Part shown: positions 25,673-38,443 of the stretch, in pieces
How positions within the stretch are numbered: the stretch's first letter is position 1
Layout of the letters: each line of letters starts with the position of its first letter
Origin: Podarcis erhardii
Lineage: Eukaryota
Assembly (NCBI GenBank): GCA_964252035.1
Contig: OZ176213.1
Length of the DNA stretch: 64,000 bases
Reading direction: 5' to 3' (one strand)
Notes under the pieces: generated by a model
What the model was told of the DNA's origin: nothing
Seen by the model: only the letters and a program-made list of their open reading frames with translations
Database searches by the model: none
Made by a program: the position numbers and the translations under genes

Positions 25673-27039
25673 GTAGATAGGCCATTGGCCTGATCCAGAA
25701 GGCTCTTCTTATGTTCTTATAGAAGGCAAGGATATTGAGACAGTATAATGCTCTCTATCTATTTGCAACTGAACTTATGGTTGCATGTTTACAGATGTAG
25801 CAGATTAGAGGGGAAATGTTCCCTTGAACATGGCACTGTTTGCTCTGAGTTTATTATTCCCTGATACTTCAGCTATCAGCGCCTTTTGCTTGTTTACCAT
25901 TGCTATCTCGATTCAGATAACTTAGAAAGGAGAAGAACCTCTGTTGACTCTAGGTTGGCTGTATTTATGAAGTCCCCCCCTCTCAGTGATCCTCGACTCC
26001 CTTTTGCTTACGCTTTGCTATTTTTAAAACCAGCTGTCTTAAACACCTGTGTTATCTCACTCCCTTTCACCATGCTGTCAAGTTTAAAGGGGGTTAAGCA
26101 CAGGTTGGTTCTGTTTCAGGGAGTTGGTGGGAAGCAATTTTGTCAAGCAGGAAGCCACATTGGCTACTTCTGAGTCAACCACAGGGGAGGAATTTGGCAG
26201 CTTTTGAAACCTGGAAGCAGGAAAAAACCCACTGAAAATTGGAGAGGGGAGGGAGCCATCTCTATGTATGAATACTGGAGTGTGGGTTTGCATTTTTCAT
26301 CTGTGTATTGCTAGGCTGAAAGAAATCCTCCCAAATGCTGCTCTGTAAAGGGATTTGTAGCTGCAAATAGGCTCTATATTATCTTCTTTGAACTAATTTT
26401 GGAAGGAACAAGGGTGGGGGAGGCAGCCTCAAAAGATGATACCCAAAGCACATACCAAAAAGAGGAACTGTGTAAAATATCTGCCACAAAGTTGATATCT
26501 GTTGAGTGCATTGAAATAATTTATATCTGAATCCGTGTTTTTGTAGGCTGTACTAAATAGACTCTAGTTGGAACAGAGGAGTCATTAATTTGGTTTGCTT
26601 TTTGCAGCGAATCAACCTAATTAGATGTTCCTGAACTTGAATGTGAATTGGAATACAACTGCCCTGGCTCCCACCCCAAAACATGCAAGCAGAGTCTCTT
26701 ATTTGTATGAAACAAAGCTTTATTCAGGCTCTGCAGCAGGCTTAGCAGCAGACACAGGGATCCAGAATCATGGTTCAGGAGCAGGGCAAGTAGTCCAGAA
26801 CTGAACAGAAGTGATGAAGACCCCCCAACAAGTTTCCATGCCATACCCACCAAGTTGTTAAAGGTAAGGCACGGTGTGCTCACTTGTGAGACTTGCTCGC
26901 CTTTTGGGAATTCTGGGGTTGGAAATGTGCATTTCTTTGAAGTGGGTGGGTCTGATCCCAAGCTTAAACCTCAGGGCTCCTTCCAACTCTACAATTCTAT
27001 AATTCTAACAGTGTGATGCAGCAACAATAACAACAACTA

Positions 27040-27285
27040 TGCAATTCTAGGCTGCATCAAGTGAAGTATGGTGCCCAGATCAAGGGAAGTCATAATACCA
27101 CTCAATTGTGCCTTGGTTGGACCCCACCTGGAGGACTGTGCGCAGTTCTGGGCACCACAATTTAAGAAGGATACTGATACGCTGGAACATGTGCAGAGGG
27201 CAACCTAGATGATCAAAGGTCTGGAAACCAAGCCTTATGAGGAACTGTTGAATGAGTTGGATATATTTAGCCTGGAGGAGAGTGG
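27040..27285 (+). mobile_element. CR1 LINE RT fragment
   Basis: [36 protein letters not shown]...MIKGLETKPYEE is a typical CR1 motif. Confidence 0.88.
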
Positions 27286-28374
27286 GAGTCAGGACAGGAA
27301 CCCCCTCTTCACAGAGGTGAACCTGGAATCTTCATTATGTAGTTTTTGCCATTTGGTGAAGATGTACCTCTTTCTCTTTGTGAGCAGTGGGTTCAATCCT
27401 GCTGGTTATATGGGTTTTCTTTGCTAGTGTATTTCCTGCAGGAAATGCAATGGCAAAACAGCACCTAATAGGAACTGAACCCTCTGCAGTGTGGTTGTGG
27501 GGTGGCCATATGTTTTATTAGGTTTTTAAAAAATAAATTTGGGGCTGGATTCTGGTCAGGCCAGGTGTTCCCTGGGCGGGCCTGGGTTGGTGGAAGGCAT
27601 GCACAGCATAATAATAATATAAATGATATGTAAAAACAGCAGAATTACATTCATATAACATTCGCCTTGTGCAAATTTCACCTCTCTTATCCCCCAACCT
27701 TATACTGTATACAACATCTCTCACATCAAATGTAGAAAAAACTCTATGACCTGAAAATAGAGACAATGCCCATACTTTTGTAACCCAAGAAAATCTGTAA
27801 TAAAAACTGCTTCTTTAAAAAATTACCTAATAGTTACAAAACACACACCCTTCTAATTTTCTACCTAAAATGGTTGGAACCAATTTGAACCAATTTTAGC
27901 TATTTGTTATTACACATGAAATTTCCCCCCAGCAATGAAATAACAGCTGATGCCTTAGTTTGGATCTATCCTGTCTTAAGAGAGAGGAAGAGAGAGAGAC
28001 ATTTAGAGATCTCCAGTATATCAGCCATCGTATTAATCACACCATTAATCTTTGTTTTACCACTGACAACTCCAGTACAACCCCAGATAACGGGAAAGTT
28101 GCAAAATGCCATCCCAGTATGTTCTTGATTAGTATTTATGGCCCTAAAAATTACAGGCCCGGAGGTTAATTGCAACGAGAGGACTGGCAACATGCCTTGG
28201 AACTATCATTCCTATCTAATTAATGTAACATAATTAAATAAGTTGAAGAGTTGATCGGATTTATTTTATTTACCTTTGGATATCTAACCTGTCTTGAAAT
28301 CTCAAGTGCATACCCATTCTTTTTAGAAAAAGGTAAATTGAAACATCTAAAATGATAATGTGATGGATACAATT

Positions 28375-28700
28375 ATCTGGTTAAACTGGGAATTGGGCAG
28401 ACAGCCAGTTCTAGAACAGGCTGCGCTCCCTGAAGTGGAAGGCACAGAGCTTTAGGTTCCTCCTTGATCTGGCATTGAGGCCCAGATGACATCAGTGGGA
28501 AGGAGTGTCCAGCTGCAAGTGATTTACCTACTACAGACCTCCCTGGACTAGCATAACCTGGTCACAGTAGCTCACCTTCTCATAACTTCCCTATCTGATT
28601 ACTGTAGTGTGCTTTATGTAGAGCAATCCTTGAAGACAGCCTGTAAGCTAGAACAGAATGGAGCCACCACAGTTCTGAGCAGTGCAGATATTTTGAATTA
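28375..28700 (+). mobile_element. L2 LINE RT fragment (old)
   Basis: Shares the GCCCAGATGACATCAGTGG segment with the 7505 copy, followed by a decayed DYC..LY motif. Confidence 0.55.
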
Positions 28701-29509
28701 TGCAATGCCATTCCCATTCTAGGGTAGAGGCAAATTTACCCCATTCTGCTCCCTTGGGAGGCTCTTCTCCTGAAACAGGGAAGGGGAACTTCAAGATTCA
28801 GGTTCCCCATGGGGCCATTTAGAAATGGGTGAGCATCCTATTTAAGGGAGCCGCCTTCCTAGCATCTTTCTTCCCATAATTGCAATACTTGTCCTCCTAA
28901 CCCTTTAGGGGCTGAGTAGGATTGTTTTTTGGGTACTTCTCAATTGGCCTTTGGCATGCTTTTTTTTTGCCTACTCCACATTGCCTTCTTTGGGTGTGTT
29001 TGGGTAAAGGGCAGTATACAAATTTCAATAATAATAATAATAATAATAATAGGGTTTTTTGTATATTGGCACTTAATGTGGCAGATAAAGGAATGAATTC
29101 ATTCGTAAGCACCCCAAGGCATGCTTCTGCTGTTAAGGAGCAGGCAGAAGGCTTTATCTCTGATCTTAGCACTGTAGTGCTTAGCACTGAGATTGGAAGA
29201 GAAAATCCCTCTGCCTGACCTCTGAGTGTAAAATTCAGATTTTCTCCCCATCCTCACCCCAGTATGGAGCAATACTGCTTTTTACTCTTACAAAGCAGGC
29301 AGAGGAGCATTCTCTCTGGTTTTGGGCTTAGAACTGAGATAAAGAGATCACTCTCTAAGGTCCAGGAAGAGGAACTTCATCTCCTTATCAAAGTGGCATA
29401 TAAGGCTATGGAGCTGGACGACCGTTTCCCACAGTTTGCCTGGGCAGAGCCAACCTTTAGGTTATTTAGCCCTGTTCTAAGCCTTTCACAGGATGCTTCT
29501 GTCAAGCCT

Positions 29510-29655
29510 GCAGGTATAGCTCAGTTGGTTAGAGCATGGTGCTGATAATGCCAAGGTTGCAGGTTTGATCCCCATAAGGGACAGCTGCATAGTTTTGCAT
29601 TGCAGGGGGTTGGACTAGATGATCCTCAGGGTCCCTTCCAACTCCATGACTCAAT
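29510..29655 (+). mobile_element. tRNA-Ile-headed SINE with CR1-type tail (POM-like)
   Basis: Head TAGCTCAGTTGGTTAGAGCATGGTGCTGATAATGCCAAGGTTGCAGGTTTGATCCCC resembles tRNA-Ile. Tail TGCATTGCAGGGGGTTGGACTAGATGATCCTCAGGGTCCCTTCCAACTC. Confidence 0.85.
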
Positions 29656-29905
29656 GAAATAAAGTATGGCTACTAGTGAAATGGATGAATTGGGCTGCCT
29701 TGAAAGATGTGAGGTACTGCTGAGCTTGAATAGGATTTCGAGGAGCTCCTTTCAGCAATTCTTTCTTTTCTGGTTCTGGTTCCAGTGTGTTGTTACATAG
29801 GAAGCTGCCTTATACCAAATCAGCCCAGTGGTCCATCTCAATATTGTCTACAATGACTGGCAGGATTTCAGACAGGGAATGCTTCCCAACTCTACCTGGA
29901 AATAC

Positions 29906-30106
29906 CAAAACAAAACAAATTCCTTCCAGTAGCACCTTAAAGACCAACTAAGTCAGTTCTTGGTATGAGCTTTCGTGTGCATGCACACTTCTTCAGATGC
30001 TACGAAAGCTCATACCAAGAACTGACTTAGTTGGTCTTTAAGGTGCTACTGGAAGGAATTTGTTTTGTTTTGACTATGGCAGACCAACACGGCTACCTAT
30101 CTGTAA
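29906..30106. mobile_element. Penelope-like element remnant with inverted terminal segment
   Basis: Perfect 71-bp inverted repeat (29906-29976 / 30002-30072) of the CCAGTAGCACCTTAAAGACCAACTAAG terminus. Direct repeat CTGGAAATACCA (29896-29907 / 30107-30118) acts as TSD. Confidence 0.85.
29963..30000 (-). ncRNA. Minimal type I hammerhead ribozyme motif of a Penelope pLTR
   Basis: Minus strand reads GCAT-CUGAAGA-A-GUGUG-CAUG-CACAC-GAAA-GC-UC-AUAC. It has the core boxes, stem II, a palindromic AGCU stem III, a UC cleavage site, and stem I with one mismatch. Confidence 0.75.
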
Positions 30107-31822
30107 CTGGAAATACCAAGGTAGCTTCAGCCTGGGACATTCTGCATGCAAAGCAGATTGTTTCCCACTGTGCTACAGCTAATTCATCCAAGGAAATTCA
30201 AAATGGGGCAACCCCAGCTCCTGAAACCCTAGCACTGAATGACTTATGAGCATGAGTTGAAGTTCCATTTGTGTTGCAAGCTAAACATTACTGACTGAGC
30301 ACCTCTCTTTCTCTCTCCCTTGGAACAACCAGATAACTTATCTCAATGCAAACCTTCTTATCAAAACCCTCCATCCCAGAGGCTAGGTGTATTCTCTTGC
30401 CATTTATAATGATAAAAATTAACAGTGTTGTATTTATCAATGAAACCAACAGAAGTACATTGCCACCTACCATTAATCACTGTAGCTGCTCCTGATATGA
30501 GGGCAATTGGCTTTTCCCTGGGCACCTGCCTCTCTCTCCCAAGAAATTATGACCCCTAGCAATCACATATTGCCAAAGCCAGGGAAGAAGCTCACAAACC
30601 CAGGAAATAAAAGGAGACAATTCAGAAATAGAGCAGGAATCAATTTGGGTGGTGTGTGTGTGTAAAATACACTCAGAGTCTTGAGTCAAGGCCAATAGTA
30701 GGAAACACAAAAATAGCTTACTGAGCCTCTGGTATGGGCAACTGGCTAATCCCATAGTAATCCTTACAGGACAGGTGTATGGGTTGCTGTGCTATGATTC
30801 AGAGGACAGGATAGAGGGCAAAACCACCTTAAGAAAATATAGGAACATAAGGAAAGCTCTACTGGATCAGGCCAGTGGCCCACCAAGTCCAGCATCTTGT
30901 TCCCACCATAGCCAGCTAGATGCCCCAGTATGAAGCCCACAAGCACAAGAGCTTCTCCTCTCGTGGTTTCCAGACACTGGTATTCAGAAGCATTACTGTT
31001 TCCAACAGTGGAAGCAGAACATAGCCATCATTGCTTATAGCAATTGATTGTATTATCTTTCATGTACTAGTCTTTTTCTTTAAGCCATTCATCTTGTAAG
31101 GCACTTTATTCAGCCCAATGATGTAAACAGCCCTATGGAAAATCCCCTCTTGCCCTCTGTTCCCTGGAGAAGATGTGGTGTTGCTCTTTCACCCCTGAGT
31201 CAGGCAAGAGGGGCCTGTTCCTGCCCATTGCATCTGCAATGTGAAAAGCACGCAGCTATATGCTTACACAACTCCATAGTACCAGCACACCCACTCCACC
31301 ACATAATAAATGCAAGCAATCTTTTATGTTTGTAAAACATAAACATAAAAATCCCAAAGGCAAATGAAACCCACCTTAATTATGGATTTGCATATTCTTC
31401 TTGTGCTGCAGATGGCAACATGGATGAGGGAGAAAAAAGCAGTATTAAGGGGAAAGAGGAGGCTGGTGTTATTTCTATAACATTATGTCTACTATCAACA
31501 GGGTAATGTTTAAAAGAAATTGCTTGTTTGTGTATATGTCCCACTGTTGCTACTAAATTTGGAAGCCAGACCTGTTCAATAGTCCTTTACTGTCATTATT
31601 CATGATGCTGTTCCCAACATGTTGTTAGTGGATAACTGAATTTTAAAGCACTGCTTGGACACACACAGAGAGAGTGCTTTGTTAATGGGGTGGGTGAAAT
31701 GGTAACACAAAGCAGATTCAAGACAGGCAAGGGTTTCACTCAGCAGAAAGTTAAAGTATGGAGGTTGCTGCCACCAGATGTCGTGATGGCCAGACATTTA
31801 AGAGGGGGTTAGACAATGTCAT

Positions 31823-32067
31823 TCCTGCCAACCTAGCAGTTCGAAAGCACATCGAAGTGCAAGTAGATAAATAGGTACCACTCCGGCGGGAAGGTAAATG
31901 GCATTTCCGTGCGCTGCTCTGGTTCACCAGAAGTGGCTTAGTCATGCTGGCCACATGACCCGGAAGCTGTACGCCGGCTCCCTCGGCCAATAAAGCAAGA
32001 TGAGCGCTGCAACCCCAGAGTCGGTCACGACTGGACCTAATGGTCAGGGGTCCCTTTACCTTTACCT
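31823..32067 (+). mobile_element. Sauria SINE, 5'-truncated
   Basis: Matches the 3' two-thirds of the 36432 copy, (TTTACC)n tail, 14-bp TSD TTAGACAATGTCAT at 31809-31822 / 32068-32081. Confidence 0.93.
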
Positions 32068-32111
32068 TTAGACAATGTCATGGAATATAAGACTACTAAC
32101 TGTGATGGTGG

Positions 32112-32229
32112 CAGACCACAAGGGTCATCTAGTCCAACCCCCTGCAATGCAGGAATCATTTGCTCAAAGTGGGGCTCAAACCCACAACCCTGAGATTAAG
32201 AATCTCATGCTCTACCGATTGAGCTATCC
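32112..32229 (-). mobile_element. tRNA-Lys-headed SINE with the same CR1-type tail
   Basis: Minus strand GGATAGCTCAATCGGTAGAGCATGAGATTCTTAATCTCAGGGTTGTGGGTTTGAGCCCCAC resembles tRNA-Lys(CTT), followed by TTCCTGCATTGCAGGGGGTTGGACTAGATGACC. Confidence 0.82.
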
Positions 32230-32927
32230 TTAAAATCATGCAGTCTCTTCAAGTCTTCTTTCAAAAACAACTGGCACAATATGGGATGAAACAGATCTCT
32301 GAGCAAAAACAAAACTGAAATGGGACACAGTTAGGCGGCTCAGCCCTTTCCTTGGAAATAGGCAAGAAACTGAAGGCTGTGAGAAATTGAGGCGGCACAG
32401 TATCTTGGAAAACAGCAATAACAGCTGCAGCAGAGCACTGCAACAATTCTGCTTCACAGATAAGGCCAGGTAACTGTGAAACAGACGACAGGACTTCTAG
32501 AAACATTGCACTATGATCTCAAAAGAGGCTAAGAAATAAAGCAACTTTGAAGAAAAAGGCTATGTTCTCCCCCCCCCGCTCGCCACATACACCTTGCCCC
32601 AAACTGCCTTGCCTATGTTCTGCATGACAGGAACCCATCCAGGAGTGAAAAATGGGTTCCATCACGTGACTGAGCTCTTGCGGAATGAGTTCAGTAGATA
32701 CAGCAGCTTGACACCTGGCCAGCTGTGCCCCTGAGGGCAAGGTTAGAAAGCCAATCCCTTTTGTCAAATAGGAGTCTTAACCGCTTGACCAACTAGGTGA
32801 GTCTGTACAAACTCGTCAGATGATTCCTCCATCCACCTTCTGATTGCTTTCCCTGATGCAGAATCCCACTTCACCATTTTTGTGGGATTGTTGCATTCCT
32901 TCGCTGAAAAGTGATCACACAACACCC

Positions 32928-32977
<50 letters not shown>
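32928..32977. repeat. (TGT)n microsatellite
   Basis: Directly visible. Confidence 0.95.
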
Positions 32978-32978
<1 letters not shown>

Positions 32979-33663
32979 GTGTCATGCAAATTCAGTGTTA
33001 AAGAACAAGCTATATGGACAGAAAAGTTCCAGGTTCAATCCTTGGCATCTTTCAGGCAAAGCCAAAATGCTGTCCAATTTGCACATTGCAAAAAAAAAAA
33101 AATATGGCATTTTTCAAAAACCGGGCTTGAGCTAAAACTCCACAATTTTGAGCTTGAAACAAACTCCCTTTTTTTGAGTGACATATTGACACCCATTGAG
33201 ATACATCCCACCAGTTCATTTGCATTGCTCTTCATTGTTCCCACTCTCTGTTGCCTTGGCTTGCCCCCAGTGATGTCACCATTGGCTACACAGCTTTGCA
33301 GTGCCAACATATTAGGACGGGCTATCTCCTTTTGACAACACTTTCCCTCACTGTCCCTCATAGATACAATCATGCAGTCACATCCAACAGACTACATGGT
33401 GGTGTGACATGCTATTCATGGCATCCCTAACTTACTTCGACTTAAATAAATGCATGTTGTCTGAATCTGGAGAGAAAAGAAGGAAAGAAATAGTTTGAAA
33501 GTGGGAGAAAAGAAGTGCTGTGGTGAGTCCAGACTCAATGATGACCACTTAAACAAAGCTGGGGTGGCACCTCACGCCATACTCCCAGATGGACAATGTG
33601 TGCTATTCATAATCCTGTCATTTGGTCAGGATACTAATCGTTCACATGGAATATGAAACAAGG

Positions 33664-33793
33664 GAATCAGAATTGTAGAGTTGGAAGGGACCCCGAGGAT
33701 CTAGTCCAACCCTCTGCAATGCAGGAACATGCAGCTGTCCCATACAGGGATTGATCCTGCAAACTTGGCATTATCAGCACCATGCTCTAACCA
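33664..33793 (-). mobile_element. tRNA-Ile-headed SINE (same family as 29510)
   Basis: Reverse-complement match to 29510-29655. Confidence 0.82.
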
Positions 33794-34193
33794 AGGGAAG
33801 AGCCACTGTTCGCTGCTAGAGCACGTTTTGCATGCAGACAGTCCTAGGTTCAGTCTCAAGCATCTCCAGATAGGACTGGAAGAGACTCCTTGCCTGGAAT
33901 CCTGAAAGCTGCTTCCAGCCAGTGAAGGCAATACTGAGCTAGAGGGACCAAAGGTCTGACCAAAGGCAGCTTTTTGTGTTCCTTCCTAGGTTCCATCACT
34001 CAGTGGTTAAAGTGTCTGCTTTGCATGCAAAAGGTCCCCGATTCATTCCTGGTAGCATCTCCAGGTAGGGCTAGGGAAGATTCCCTGCCTGAAACCCTGG
34101 AGAGCTCCAGACAGTCCATATAAGTAACGTTCTGCTAGCTGGACCAATGGTCCGACTTGGTATAAGGCAACTTCCTTTATTTCCTATGATCCT
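33794..34193 (+). mobile_element. Two head-to-tail tRNA-Ala-headed SINEs (33794-33985, 33990-34193)
   Basis: Same family as 22685-22880. Confidence 0.78.
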
Positions 34194-35002
34194 ATTTGCT
34201 CTGGGAGTTGAAAACTACAAATATTTGCAGCCCGCCTTCATGTATTGGCCATACAAAACCATCTCAAATGGATGAGCACTTGGCGCACCTGACAAAAAGT
34301 TCCCCCCTGTATTTGTGCTGCTCCAGTGGCCAGGCAATTGCATCCTTAGCATTTGCATCCATAATTTTTCATAACAATAATGCGCCCTAATGCACACACT
34401 GTATTGCATCTCAGCAGGACCAAAAGGATCCCAGCATCGTTCCTGGAGCATTTAGAAGAAAGCAATTATCAGAGAGCACTGGGCACTCATCCGCCACCTA
34501 CTGGGGAAAATTAATAAGCTTTCTGGGGCTTGTGGTTCACCTTTCACTTCCCGCATTCATCCTACAAACAAGAGACAAAGTCGCAGATGTGTAGGAGATC
34601 AAATTTTAAGTGGGGTTTTTAGCTGGTAAGCAAATATCACTGCAGCTCCACAAGTGCGTTGACTTCATTCAAACAGATCTGGAGTTTAGGCTTTGCAAAC
34701 AATCACACCAATATTTATCTGCCGTAACAAGTGTATTTGGGGGGAAGCAGGAAGTATTCACCATTCAAACAATATCCTGCATCTTGATGCCTCTAGGGCA
34801 TGGGTGGGAGAAGTTTTTCAAGCTAACGTTTACATCTTCCTTCTGGGCAAACATTCCAGGGACCCATGGCAGTGCTGGGCAGGGCCAGGGGAATACATGA
34901 GTAGAGCAATGAATGCAAATTTTATCTTTATACACCCAATCACTTTCTACCACCACCACCCAGCTCTTTTCTCCATCTCAGGCAGTAAGAGGCATTACCA
35001 GA

Positions 35003-35003
35003 T

Positions 35004-35054
<51 letters not shown>
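35003..35054. repeat. (ATTT)n microsatellite
   Basis: Directly visible. Confidence 0.95.
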
Positions 35055-35055
<1 letters not shown>

Positions 35056-36431
35056 TGTATTTACAGGTATATCCGGCCTTTCTCACAAGTTGGTATTCAA
35101 GGTGGCTAATAATAGATTATTATTTTTCTAGGGTGGGTGTTCTTAAATTCACTATTACCCTCTCCCACATTTCAGCCCTGAACACCATCAGTAGATACTG
35201 AAGCATAGATTATGTTGGCTCTCATACTCATCTTGCTCAGCCTGGTAAACAATTACCTAACTGTAAAAGCAGGATGCTCGACTAGATGGGCCATTTGCCT
35301 CATCCAGCACTGCTCTTCTTATGTTTTTATAGCACAGGGTTGTTTCTTTGTTTCCTTTAAAGAAAAGTGCTTCTTTTATCTAAAAGGAGACAGGGTTTGA
35401 TGAGTGCTTCCAGAGTTTTAAAGTCCATCTGGGGCCAGTAAAATGTTTTGTCTCACCTGCTTTCAACCCCTTCCTTTGGTGATATCATCTAAGTTAGATA
35501 GCTCCATAAATTTCAATGGGCCCACTCTGACTAATGTTGCACTCTGCTATTAAAATTAAAGAACGGCAGGCTAGATGCACGTGAAATCATCAAATAAGCA
35601 CCCATCATTCCTGATCATTGGCCAACCACATACCCCTGAAATGGAAGATTTTGTCAAACAGAGGACTGTCCCTTGTAAAGTAGGACACATGACCACCCGG
35701 TTTCAAACATCACCCGTTGTGGCATGTGAACTGGCTCTGCAGAAGTGGCAACTGAGTCACCAATGTATGATGAGGCCTTAACACTGATGCTAATTGATGC
35801 AACCAGTGAATGTCCAATATGTTTGGAGCTATAGAAGGAGACTATTGCCACAGGCAGCATGAGATTATGCTTTGCAAGATAAGGGTTTTTTGTTTTCTTT
35901 TTCTTTTTGTTTAAGTCCCTTGAATACAGGGCCATCTTCTTCTTTTCAAATTTTACAGTTGGCTGCAGCTGTCACAATTCATTTTTTATAGGACATCTTT
36001 TCCAGAGTGGTACGTGATAGCCCTGACCTAACATGTTACTATGTCTGAGGTGTCACATTTAAAGCAGGAAAGATAGAAGGTTTTATGAGGGGAAAGGAGG
36101 ACACACTCCGACTAGTGTGTGTGTTTGACACACAGAGAGAGGGATCAATAAAGAAATTAATATCTGAATTGTGATTCACAAAACCTGCAACAGGAATTCC
36201 CCTTGCAATTTCTTGCCACAGACTTTATATATATATATATATAATCTACGAAAGCATATATATATATATATATATATCCTTCTGTCTATTGTCATTTTAA
36301 ACAGTAATTCTTTTTGCAGTTCCATTTCTGCAAAAAGACCCAGAGCATCTTAGTCTGTGTGTTTCAGTGCATGGGTTCAAGGGACAGCATAGGCCTACAC
36401 AGCTCTTCTCAGAAGTAGGTCCCATGGATTT

Positions 36432-36779
36432 GACACGGGTGGCGCTGTGGGTTAAACCACAGAGCCTAGGACTTGCCAATCAGAAGGTTCACGGTTTGAA
36501 TCCCTGCGATAGGGTGAGCTCCTGTTGCTCGGTCCCTGCTCCTTCCAACCTAGCAGTTCAAAAGCACTTCAAAGTGCAAATAAATAAATAGGTACTGCTC
36601 TGGTGGGAAGGTAAATGGCATTTCCGTGCGTTGCTCTGGTTTGCCAGAAGCGGCTAAGTCATGCTGGCCACATGACCTGGAAGTTGTACGCCGGCTCCCT
36701 CAGCCAATAAAGTGAGATGAGCGCCGCAACCCCAGAGTTGGCCACAACTGGACCTAATGGTCAGGGGTCCCCTTTACCT
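36432..36779 (+). mobile_element. Sauria SINE (Squam1), full length
   Basis: tRNA-like head GTGGCGCTGTGGGTTAAACC...GGTTTGAATCC, family body, and 3' end GGTCAGGGGTCCCCTTTACC. Confidence 0.92.
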
Positions 36780-37102
36780 ACTCCAAGGTAAGGGACTGTG
36801 TGATTGCAGTCTGCACTCGAATCTAATCTAGGCCAAGCAACATTGTGGGTTTCATTGTCTTAAAACAATATCCTTCCTTATTCTGAGACTGGTGGTACTG
36901 TTTCAAAGACCAGCAAATGCAAAAAAAAAGAAAAAAAAAAGGAGATGAGATGAATTAATGGTGGAAAAGGCTATTAATGGCTACTAACCATGATGGCTAC
37001 GGACCTCCTCCTCTGAATATCACTTAATGGGGATCACAATGGACCTTTAGTCTGATCCAGCAGGGCTCTTATGTCAAGGGAAAAGCTCCCATAGGCTTAG
37101 AC

Positions 37103-37238
37103 TAGGGTTTCCCAAACTTGGGTCTCCATCTGGTTTTGGACCACAACTCCCATCACCTATAGTTAGCAGGACCAGTGGTCAGGGATGATAGGAATTGTAG
37201 TCCAAAAACAGCTGGAGACCCAAGTCTGGGAAATGCTG
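37103..37238. mobile_element. hAT-type MITE related to 21519
   Basis: Imperfect TIRs and TSD GCTTAGAC/GCTTAGAG. Older relatives at about 5575-5690, 18402-18530, 23740-23850 and 59022-59118. Confidence 0.8.
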
Positions 37239-38114
37239 GCTTAGAGCTTTATAAAAGAGCCAGCTTTTTATGTTTCTTTTTTCTCAAACCCACTTTCCCC
37301 TGTCAAAAATTAATGTGAGAATTCATTCATTCTTCTCCTCTGTATCCATTATCCTTCAATGCAATATTCTTGGTTTTCTTCACTGCACCAGATGGACACG
37401 GTCCAGTTCTTCTTTTTTTCATTATGCCTGAAGTCCTCTCCATTTTTTTATTTTTTTATTTTGGCTTCCAAACAAGCCATGTTTTGAGAATTGTTGAAGA
37501 CCAAGTGGCAGCAGTTACTATAGACTGCAGCTCAGGGAATTAAGAGGGAAATTAGCTTTTTCAAAGTGTGGGAGGGCCATTCAGAGCTTTCCAATGCAAA
37601 CAGAAGCTACCACTAGGCTTCCCTTTTCTTAAAGGATGCGTTGGGGAATTCAGCAAAATCCATCATCTTCCCGCTAGCAATGTTGATGAATGCTCTCATT
37701 AACGTGGTCTGCTGTTCCATGTCATGTGCAGCGCTGGAAGAGGTTGAGCCTCTGCCTTGGCTCTGCAGCTTTTGCCAACAATGCTGGATGGATCCAAACC
37801 ACAGAAGCAATAAAAGAGAAAGAAAAGAAATACTTTAAAGAAAGCGTCCCTCCCCCTCCGACAATTGTTTCCGCTTATAAGGCAGAATTGCTTCAACTCT
37901 TAACACCCTCGGCCACTTAGAGGTCTTTTGGTCTTTGCCTATTCACCCCTTGTGTCCCCCAGCCAAAACAATTATACCAGGGGGTGGGAAACCTGCAATT
38001 TTAGGCTCACTTGCAATCCTAATTTCAAAAGACCTCTTCAAGTGATCATTCTGGGTTGCAAGCAAGAGCAATCTTTCCATACCCTGGCAGTACACTGGGT
38101 GGGGACGAAAAGAG

Positions 38115-38151
<37 letters not shown>

Positions 38152-38443
38152 CAGAGAGGAGGAAGGTAGGTATTGGAAGAGAAAAGTGAGGGTTGGGGAG
38201 AGAGAAATTCATAAGAATATAAGGAGAGCCTGCTGGGTCAGACTAATGGTCCATTAAGTCCAGCATCCTGTTCTCTCAGTGGCCAACCAGGTGTTTCTGC
38301 ATACTAGCCTTTGTGCTCAAGTCTTGCTTATTTGCTTCCCACTGGCATCAGCTTGGCCACTGGGCCAGACTAGATGAGAAATTGTGCTGATCCAGCAGGT
38401 TCCATATCCTCCAACATTTGTCTAATGAAAATAGGGACATTCT

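Larger units (their letters stand above)
29788..30178 (-). mobile_element. tRNA-Ala-headed SINE interrupted by a Penelope remnant
   Basis: Tail CATAGGAAGCTGCCTTATACC at ~29796 and head TTCTGCATGCAAAGCAGA..CCACTG.GCTA at ~30140-30178 flank the insert. Confidence 0.75.

Noticed and set aside
26642-26960. Possible minus-strand solo LTR
   Set aside because: It has an AATAAA and LTR-like composition, but I could not define both termini or a TSD.
29510-29585. tRNA genes (Ile here, Lys at 32160-32229, Ala at 22690-22760)
   Set aside because: Acceptor stems are broken and each head runs straight into a SINE body and LINE-derived tail.
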